In this document: positions 37,992 to 47,300 of the stretch, in pieces
Numbering within the stretch: position 1 is the stretch's first letter
Layout: the number at the start of each line of letters is the position of its first letter
IMG/VR virus record: IMGVR_UViG_3300030098_004828
Span: 1-64,000 of that record
DNA length: 64,000 nucleotides
Direction: 5' to 3' (one strand)
Program-made: the position numbers and the translations under genes
The notes under the pieces: model-generated
Told to the model about the DNA's origin: nothing
The model's database searches: none
What the model saw: only the letters and a program-made list of their open reading frames with translations

Positions 37992-39200
37992 ATGAGTTTA
38001 AAAGAAAAAGTAAAAAATGCTTTAAAATGGAAAAAGAATTCAGAATATTGTGCAGAAAGATTAGGAATTACAGAAGAAGAATTTGATAAAATAAAAAAAG
38101 AAATATATGCAGAACAAAAAGAAAAGAGAAAAGAAGAAAGAGAAATGGGGTATGTCACAGATGATTGTACATCATCATATGACATGGAAAATGGTCAAGG
38201 AAAAATTACTGGAATATCAAATACAGAACCTAAATCTCCTGAAGAAATTATACAAATATTAAATATTGATACAACACAATGGAAGTTGTCACAATATTGG
38301 AATAAACAAATGTCAGATCATTGGCGTATATCAGCTTTAATTACAAAACTTAAAAATGATGATACAGCTCATATAGAGCAATTACTTGAAAATTGGAAAC
38401 CTAAAAAATTTTCTCCAGTTAAAAGAATTAAAAGTCAAAGTAAAAAAGATGTATGTGCTATATTATCATTACAAGACATTCATTTTGGTAAACAAGGTAA
38501 TGAAACTATAGATAAAGATTTTGAAGAAACTATTATGGATCTTGTAGAAAGAGCACATGCTGGTCATAATCTTAAAAAAATATTTTACGTAGTAGGAGGA
38601 GACTTAATGAATATGGATACATGGGCAGGTACTACTACTAGTGGTACACCATTAGATAATTGCTCTACTGCTACAGATGCATATATGCAAGCATTTGATG
38701 CAATATATTGGAGTATAAATTTTATAAAGCAGTATTGTGATGATCTTCAGGTTGTATATATTCCTGGTAATCATGATAGATTATCTTCATTTCATTTAAC
38801 TCATGCTTTATCTAGAGCTATAGATGATCCAAACATACTCTGGGATGTAACATATCTTGAAAGAAAAGTATATACATGGGGTGATAATTTTTTTGCTTTT
38901 GAACACGGTGATGTAAATACTAAAAACTCTCTTTTACTTTATGCTACAGAGTTTGCACAACAATGGGGTATAACTACAAATAGAACTTTATTTACAGGTC
39001 ATTTGCATCATAAAAAGAAAGTAGAATATATCACTACAAATGAGCGTACAGGTTTTATGTTAAAGATACTTCCAAGTCTTTCTAGAACAGATTATTGGCA
39101 TTATCATAATAAATTTGTAGGATCTAAAAGATCAGGTGTAATAGAATTACATGATTATAATAAAGGTAATATATGTGAACTAACTTATTCACCAGATTAA
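37992..39200 (+). CDS. Calcineurin-like metallophosphoesterase with N-terminal HTH-like segment
   Basis: DIHFG, GGDLMNMD, PGNHD, EHGD, GHLHH motifs. Confidence 0.85.
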   Translation: MSLKEKVKNALKWKKNSEYCAERLGITEEEFDKIKKEIYAEQKEKRKEEREMGYVTDDCTSSYDMENGQGKITGISNTEPKSPEEIIQILNIDTTQWKLSQYWNKQMSDHWRISALITKLKNDDTAHIEQLLENWKPKKFSPVKRIKSQSKKDVCAILSLQDIHFGKQGNETIDKDFEETIMDLVERAHAGHNLKKIFYVVGGDLMNMDTWAGTTTSGTPLDNCSTATDAYMQAFDAIYWSINFIKQYCDDLQVVYIPGNHDRLSSFHLTHALSRAIDDPNILWDVTYLERKVYTWGDNFFAFEHGDVNTKNSLLLYATEFAQQWGITTNRTLFTGHLHHKKKVEYITTNERTGFMLKILPSLSRTDYWHYHNKFVGSKRSGVIELHDYNKGNICELTYSPD

Positions 39201-39248
39201 TCTATTACGTTTAAACTTTCATTAGTCCTCTTTTTTTTGTAAATTATA

Positions 39249-39782
39249 ATGTATAGTAATATGATAAATAATTTTAAGGCTCCTAATTTAAAAGGTCCAA
39301 GGTATAGAGAAAAAGTATTAGGTTTACTAAATAGTGAATTTATTAAAGAGTTTAAAGATAAATATCCTATCTATAGTAATATAGATAATAGGAAACTTAA
39401 AAATATTATTATATCATACAATACAAAGTTATGGAATGAGGTAATAAACAGTAGAGAAGGTGTAGAGTTACCTGATTCCTTGGGTTATTTATTTATTGGT
39501 ACATGCCCAGCTGCTAAAAGTGTTAATACAAATTATGCACTTTCTAAAGAATATGGAAAGGTGCTACAAAATAAGAATTGGAATACAGATGGAAAAATAG
39601 CTAAAATATTTTATACTAACTATTCTACTAAGTATAGATTTAAGAATAGAGAGTTATGGCAATTTAAAGCTGTTAGACAATTTAAAAGAGGTGTGGCTAA
39701 AGCATATCCAGAACATTGGAATAGATACATTGTTATGGAAAGTAAAAAAAGAGTAGCTGATATGTATAAGAAAAAAGTTTAA
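39249..39782 (+). CDS. IHF-like protein (crAss tail-module type)
   Basis: GVELPDSLGYLFI HU/IHF-like strand; precedes tail ring genes as in crAss-like phages. Confidence 0.5.
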   Translation: MYSNMINNFKAPNLKGPRYREKVLGLLNSEFIKEFKDKYPIYSNIDNRKLKNIIISYNTKLWNEVINSREGVELPDSLGYLFIGTCPAAKSVNTNYALSKEYGKVLQNKNWNTDGKIAKIFYTNYSTKYRFKNRELWQFKAVRQFKRGVAKAYPEHWNRYIVMESKKRVADMYKKKV

Positions 39783-39784
39783 AT

Positions 39785-40456
39785 ATGACAACAATAGGTG
39801 ATGTAGTATCAAGAATCAGAAATCAAATGAAAGCTGAATCTCAAGATGCTTTTGTAACTGATAGATATTTATATAGTCTGGTTAGTAAGTTTGCACAACT
39901 TCTAATGAGAAGACAAGACTCTGCTAATAAACTTATGAAATTTAATAGTATATGGCAACCATTGCCGTTTGTTGAATTAATAGAAGTAGATAAAGTAGAA
40001 GCAGAATGTGCAGGAATTCAAAGCGGATGTACTATAAAAAGAACAAAGCATAAACTTCCAACATTTATGGAAGGTTATTGGGGACCTTTAATTAGAACAG
40101 TAAGTTCTATAGATGGATCTATAGAGTGTCAACCTACTATGCCAGGTACCTATACTTCAATGACAAAAACAACATCATTTAAATATAATAAGAATAAGTA
40201 TTTTTGGTGGTTAAATGGTTATATATATATGCCAAATGTAGAATGGGATGCTATAAAGTTAGAAGGTATATTTAATGGAGATATTTCAGAATGGAATTGT
40301 GATGAAAAAGATAATTGTAAACCTAGATATTTACAACAAATTTTTATTCCAGAATTTTTATTTGCAGAAATAGAAAAGATGGTAATAGCTGAAATGTTAA
40401 ATACTATGAAAATACCACAAGAAGATGCAGATAATAAAGTTAATATACAAAGATAA
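39785..40456 (+). CDS. Tail ring/tubular protein
   Basis: TIGDVVSRIRN...YFWWLNGYIY...IPQEDADN; synteny. Confidence 0.6.
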   Translation: MTTIGDVVSRIRNQMKAESQDAFVTDRYLYSLVSKFAQLLMRRQDSANKLMKFNSIWQPLPFVELIEVDKVEAECAGIQSGCTIKRTKHKLPTFMEGYWGPLIRTVSSIDGSIECQPTMPGTYTSMTKTTSFKYNKNKYFWWLNGYIYMPNVEWDAIKLEGIFNGDISEWNCDEKDNCKPRYLQQIFIPEFLFAEIEKMVIAEMLNTMKIPQEDADNKVNIQR

Positions 40457-41352
40457 TGGCAATATCACATAAATACAGAACATTTGATCAATTACTTGAA
40501 GATGTATCTATTGATTTTTCTAGTTATGCCTTAGAAGGTATGATTGAACCTCAACAGTTAATTAAAGTAGCTATTAGAGTTAATTATGATTTAGGTTTAA
40601 AAATAAATAGTACAAAAGAATTGCTTGTACATATAGAACATAGTAAAGGTAAATTACCTAAAGATTTTAAATACTTAAATTATGCATACGTATGTGGAGA
40701 ATATAAAAAAGTTTCTACACCTCCTTCTGGTACTCATGTTGATACAACAAATCCAAAATACGTACCATCTCCAGATGATCTTGGTCCTTGTACAGATCCT
40801 ACTTGTAGTAAAGTATGTGTTGTTCAAACAGGATGTGATAAACCTAATCAAGAAGAATATATGCTAATACAATATGTAGGTGCAGAACAATATAATACAT
40901 ATACTCAATTTTTTCCATTAAAAATAATAGATAAAGTAGGTGCAACTGTATGTGATTGTCCAAATATAAATCAGCAAGCTGTTGATAAAGCTGAAATTAA
41001 AGATGGATTTTTATTAACTAATTTTAAAACAGGTAATGTATATATAAATTATCAAGGTGCTATGGAAAATGAGGAAGGTGATTTATTAGTATTAGATCAT
41101 CCTTATTGTAATGAATATTATGAATATGCATTAAAACAAAGAATACTTGAAAATATGGCTATGAATGGAGAGCAAGGTGCTGCACAACAATTAAACTTAA
41201 TTGAACAAAGATTAAGAGCTGCAAGAAATAATGCGTTAGGATTTGTTAATACTCCTGATTTTGCAGAGTATAAAAAAATGTGGGAAGTTAATAGAAGAGC
41301 ACAATATCATAATTACTATAATATGTTTAAAAGTCATCCTACAGTAAGATAA
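40456..41352 (+). CDS. Tail tubular protein (P22 gp4-like class)
   Basis: KGKLPKDF, IKDGFLLTNFKTGNVYINY motifs; directly upstream of the muzzle gene. Confidence 0.65.
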   Translation: MAISHKYRTFDQLLEDVSIDFSSYALEGMIEPQQLIKVAIRVNYDLGLKINSTKELLVHIEHSKGKLPKDFKYLNYAYVCGEYKKVSTPPSGTHVDTTNPKYVPSPDDLGPCTDPTCSKVCVVQTGCDKPNQEEYMLIQYVGAEQYNTYTQFFPLKIIDKVGATVCDCPNINQQAVDKAEIKDGFLLTNFKTGNVYINYQGAMENEEGDLLVLDHPYCNEYYEYALKQRILENMAMNGEQGAAQQLNLIEQRLRAARNNALGFVNTPDFAEYKKMWEVNRRAQYHNYYNMFKSHPTVR

Positions 41353-41362
41353 ATGAATTATA

Positions 41363-44300
41363 ATGGCAAAGAAACAACAGCAACAAAATACACCTCTTCA
41401 AAATACCTCAAATGTAGATACAGATCTATTTAATAAAGGTATGCATAAAGATCCTAACCCTAGCTTTCAAGGGAGAGATGGGTTCTATTCACATGCTAGA
41501 AATGCTATTAATAATTCAAAAGAAGGTGATGTAAATGTTCTTGGTAATGAACCTGCTAATTATCTATGTGCAGAGATACCATATACTATAATAGGATTTA
41601 TTCATTTAACAGGAGATAATTGGATAGTTTTTTCAACAGACAATAGTAATAGTGTTATAGGTAGATTTGATGATAGCAAATGTCATTATGAACAAATAGT
41701 AAATGATCCGTGTTTAAGCTTTAATACATCACACTTAGTTACAGGGGCTTCTAAAGAGATGTTTGATTGTTCTTGGCAAGTATATTGGGATGATGGACTT
41801 AATCCCTCTAGAACACTTAATCTAGATGATATTCCATATGTACAAATACAAACAACAGGACCACTTATTGATGGTACTCCTTGTGTTACTTATATAGATG
41901 CACAACCTTTACAATTAGATTGTGAAAGATTGCGTCTACATCCTTTAATGCAAACACCTTGTGTTACATTAACTAAATCAGATACAGGAGGTTTATTAGG
42001 AAATGGTACTTATCAAGCTTTTGTTTGTTATACAATGAATGGAGAAAAAATTGGAGATTACTTAGGTGTTTCCAATGTTCAATCTTTATGGGATCATGCA
42101 GATACTACAGGAGCTTTAGATATTACCATTACAAATTTAGATACACAATTTGACTTTTTTAAATTAGTTATAATGTCTAATATAAAAGGTAATATAGTAG
42201 CTAAAGAAATAGGAGAATATAGTACACAACAATCATTTATTTCAATAAGTGTTATATCTCATGAATTAATATCAATTCCAACTTCTGATATAATAAGAAG
42301 AAGTATTACTTTTGAAAGATCTGATAATATGTATGTGGTTAATGATTATTTAATTAGATCAGGACCTACTACAAATTTTGATTTTAATTATCAACCATTA
42401 GCAAATCAAATTCAAACACATTGGGTATCTACAGCATATCCTGCAGACTATTATAATAATGGTGGTAATAAAACATCATTTATGAGAGATGAACAATATG
42501 CATTTTTTATAAGGTTTATTTATAATACAGGTGAAAAATCTCATTCATATCATATACCAGGTAGACCAAATGGAGGATATGCAATTAATCCAATTAATGA
42601 TAATACATTAACAGGTTTTGATGCTATTAATGATATTAATACTGATAACGTTGCTTGGAGAATTAGAAATACAGCTGTAGATGCAAGTGGTACATTAGGT
42701 GGTATTGGAGTAATACTTCCTGATGGAGGTAGAGTTATAGGTAAAGGTTATATGGGATATTGGGAATCTACAGAATTATATCCTTCTACAGATCCTGCAG
42801 GTAGATGGAATTCTAATACTGGTGATCCTAATTATAATTTATGTGGTACTCCAATTAGGCATCATAAAATGCCAGATGAACAAACAAGTGCTGTTTGTCA
42901 TCTTAATGGTCAATCAGGTACTAATTTAGAAATACATCTATTAGGAGTTGAATTTGTAAATATTCAAGCTCCTGTAGATAATGATGGAAATTTTATACAA
43001 AATATTGTAGGTTATGAAATTCTTGTAGGATCTAGACAAGGTAATAAATCTATTATTGCTAAAGGTCTTATGAGAAATATGAGAAGATATACACTTCCTC
43101 AAGCAGATGATTCAAGAAGTGCAGCAGGATCAGTTGTAACAGCGGGTAGTGCATTTGCTGAAGGAGCTCCAATTATACATAGTGGTGTAAATTCAGGTCT
43201 TATGCCAAATTATCCATTTAATGATTGTGATAGAAATGATCCTTTTTTAAGAGATACGCAAGGTAGTGGTAATTTATATCAAGGAGGATTAATGACCCCT
43301 AGTATTTTTAGTGCGGACTGGTCTGGTGGAGATACGTATCCTTTAGGTTTTACATTTCATTCTCCAGACACAATGTTTAAAAAGATTTATTTAAATCCTA
43401 GTGAGGTTTATAGTTATGGTATGCGTCAAGGACAATCAATAGGTAAATTTAAAAAATCTGAAAGACATCCAGGACATAAATTATTACGTGATATCTCTGC
43501 TTTTGTAGCAGCACTTATTGGTACAGGTTATGCCATAGAACAATCACGTGGTAAGAAAACTAAAAAAGTTACAGGAGCTAAAGCAATGTCTATAGGTAAA
43601 TCTGGGGGACCATGGTCAGATAATACTTCAGGAGGAACCTTTACTACAAATGCTTATACTATAACAGGAGGTGGATATACAATATCAGTTGCACCACCTG
43701 CACTTGTGCCAACTGGACCAATTACAGTGGGAGCTGGAGGTGGAGTAACTACAAATGATAATACAACAGATAGTGAAGTACCAACTGCTAATGTTAATCC
43801 AGTTACTGGACAACCTTATTCTACAGGAGATGCTCCATCTCAAGATGGTACTGTAGTTGGTAATGCATCTGCTGGACAAGGAATTGCAGAACAAAATTTA
43901 GTAGCTTATGAAAACAGCGCTGGAGTTCCACTTAACTCAGGAACTCCATGGGTTGCAGGATCTGATACAGGTACACCTCCAGCACCAACAGATCCACTAT
44001 TTGCAGATCTTGTTAGCACTACAATTCCAACAACTGGTCCAGGTATGCAGAATACTGTAGATAATTCTGAAAATTCATATGCTTTAAATCATGGATTACA
44101 ATCTATTAGTACTACTTCTATTAGTACTCCTAATCAACAAGAACTTAGATATTTTAGATCTGTAAGACAAATGCATGTTGATGCATTAAGAGATACATCA
44201 AGTTATATTGGTCCAGGAGAAGAAATAACACATGAAGGTAGTAGATATAAATCTTTACCAGGATTAGGTCAGATATTATTAAAAATGTATCAGACAATGA

Positions 44301-47300
44301 ATATGATAGCTCTGGGTGGACAAGAAATAATTGATCTTATTTACAATCTTGCTAGCTATCAAGATTATGCATGGAAATATAATGCTCATGGATTTTATAA
44401 TAACGTGCTTTCTCCATATAATAATAATAGTCAAGTTCATAGACAGAATGTACAAAAAGCTAGATACCTATCAAATACTATACAAAATATTACAAGTGGT
44501 ATAAGAGTTAATAATTTACACAGACCAAAGACTGTAGCAGTACTTACTAATCCTATAACACTTCCTGTAGAAGCAACTGTTTTTTCTATACCAACTTCTA
44601 ATCAAGATAATTCAAGAGTTAACTTAGGAGCATTAACTGGAAATCCAACAGCTTATTTTGTTAGAGATATATGTGCTCATTATGTAGGATTAAAAGTTGA
44701 TTTTAGAAATCAATATGGACAATTAGATGGTATAAAACAAATTCCAGCAGAAAATTGTACGCAATTATTTTTAGATAATAACCCTATGGGAACAACCCCT
44801 GATGTAAATAGTGTATTTACAAGTGATATTATTTTTGGTGGAGAAATGTATATAAACAGATATACAGAAAAAGTTATAATGCCTTTCTTCTATGATTACT
44901 TAGCAGAAGATCAACCAGATGGAACACCATTTGATTATAGACTTAGACAAAATATTCCTTCACCAGAATATTGGGCTTTCTTTGCAAATTATGATCTTTC
45001 TGGTTTGGTATCTCCTGTAACAGATCTTACATTTAACTGGACTGGAGTTGGTGGTACAGTTCCCGGTTTACCATCTCAATTTCATAATTTAGATTTTCCT
45101 GGTGATGATATGAGTACTTTTGGTGGTATTCTAAGTGCTCTTGTTGGAAATGGTAGAGGATTATTTGTTTTAAAAGAAGGTGCTGTATATTTACATAATA
45201 GTGGTATAAATGACTTTTTTGTTGAATCAGAAATAAATGTAGCACAAAGAGATTGGAAAGAAAATAGAGGGGAAAGACATTATGATTGGTTAGAATACAC
45301 TGATTTTGATGAGCTGTTTCATGTTGATTCAATTAAAGATGGAAACTTTTATATGTATGATGAGTCTTTAACAAAAGCTAAATTAAGCACACAATTAGTA
45401 TCATGGGGAACAATACAAGATTTAATTTATGATCCTCTTATTGCAGAAACATGTTATGACTATTATCCTAAAAGATTAATCTATTCTTTACAAGCACAAA
45501 AAGAAAGTAAAGAAGATTTTTGGAGAATATTTTTACCATTTAACTATAAGGATTTTAAAAATCCTGCAGTAGTTATGAAACCTATATCTAAAAATGGAGC
45601 AATGGTATTTTATCCAAATCTTTCTCCTACAGTATTTCAAGGTGTTGATCAGCTAACAACAGATATGGAAAGTAAAATAACTATAGGTGATGGTGGTTTA
45701 TTTAGTCAACCATTTCAAAATGTAGTTAATTCAGATTTACCACATGAATATGGATCATGTGAAAGTGCACGTAGTGTTATTAACACACCTAGTGGTTTAT
45801 TTTATATATCACAAGAACAGGGTAAAATATTTCATTATGCAGGTCAATTAATTAATATAGCTGATGCAGGTTTAAAACATTGGTTTAATGAATATCTACC
45901 TTCTAGATTACTTAATGCTTTTCCTGAAATAGAAAATTATCCAGAATTTTATGATAATCCAGTTACAGGTATAGGATGTCAATCAGTATATGATCCAAAA
46001 TATGATCTTGTATATTTCTGTAAAAAAGATTATGAACCTGTTCCTGATCCTGATTCATGTATTCAATTTGATACAGAATCTGGTGGTTTTATTATAAATG
46101 AAACAGAATGTTATGGTACAGATCAAGACATTCTTTGTCCTATTGGATATACACTTGAAGATGGTGTATGTGTTTTAACTACTGAGTGCGCTCCTGATAG
46201 TTGGGACAGAACAATGCCTGGAGAATTTATAGAAACAGTAACAAGATGGGTTCCTGCTGATAGATGTGAAATGGATGTAGTATTTGTTATAGATGCATCC
46301 TCTTCTGTAATAAATAATTGTAACACAGACAGAGCTAAACTAATGTTAGATTCTTTTTTAAATGGAATGCAAGCTGGAATGGATGCAGGAGATATTCAAG
46401 TTGGAATGATCACTTTTAATTTTGCAGCAAATACATTACCGCAAATAGGAAATATGGATACTACAAATTGTCCTGATTGTTTAAGTGATGTACTAAGTTG
46501 GAATTGGGCTACTGCTCCTGTTCAGCAACCTGATTGTTATGGTGCCGAAACTATGTCAGATTATGCAGATGCAAAAGTACAATGCTGTTTTACTTGGCCA
46601 CTGCAACAAACAACTTCAGTTGATAATGTTCAATCATTTATAGATAATTATTATTGCTCAATGGGTGAGGGTGATATATGGAATGATCCTGCACCATGTA
46701 ATATATGTGCTAATTTAAAATGTACAAATGTAATAGATGCAACATGGCATGGAATGGAAATGTTATATGATCCAAATTTTGCAAGACAAGGAGTTCCAAA
46801 AAAGTTAATTGTAATAAAGGATGGATTTCATAATATTAGTCCATTTTATCCTTTGAATACATTTATGACTGCTGAAGGTTGGCCAAATTCTGCATATGGT
46901 AATCTTTCAGGTGGCTATAATGAACCTTTATGGACTAATCATATAAACAATACAGGTAGTTCAGCTAGTCCTGCTACACCTGATTATACTTGGGATAATG
47001 GAACTGGAGGTAATGTCAATTATCCTGATTATTTAATTGAACCTGGTACATATGCAGTTAGTACAACTCCTTTTGCAGCGACAGACCAATGGACTGCTTG
47101 GTTGAATACAAACATAATACAAAATGCACAATATTTAGATCCTACCGTAGGTGTGCTAGAAATGATTAATCTCATGTTATATAATGGCGTTTATAATGCA
47201 ACGGCAGATCAGTATAATGCTAATACAAATACAAATCCAGGATTAGCATTGGGTAACTATTATTCTGATTTTACAAGTTCTACTGCAATAAATGACATGG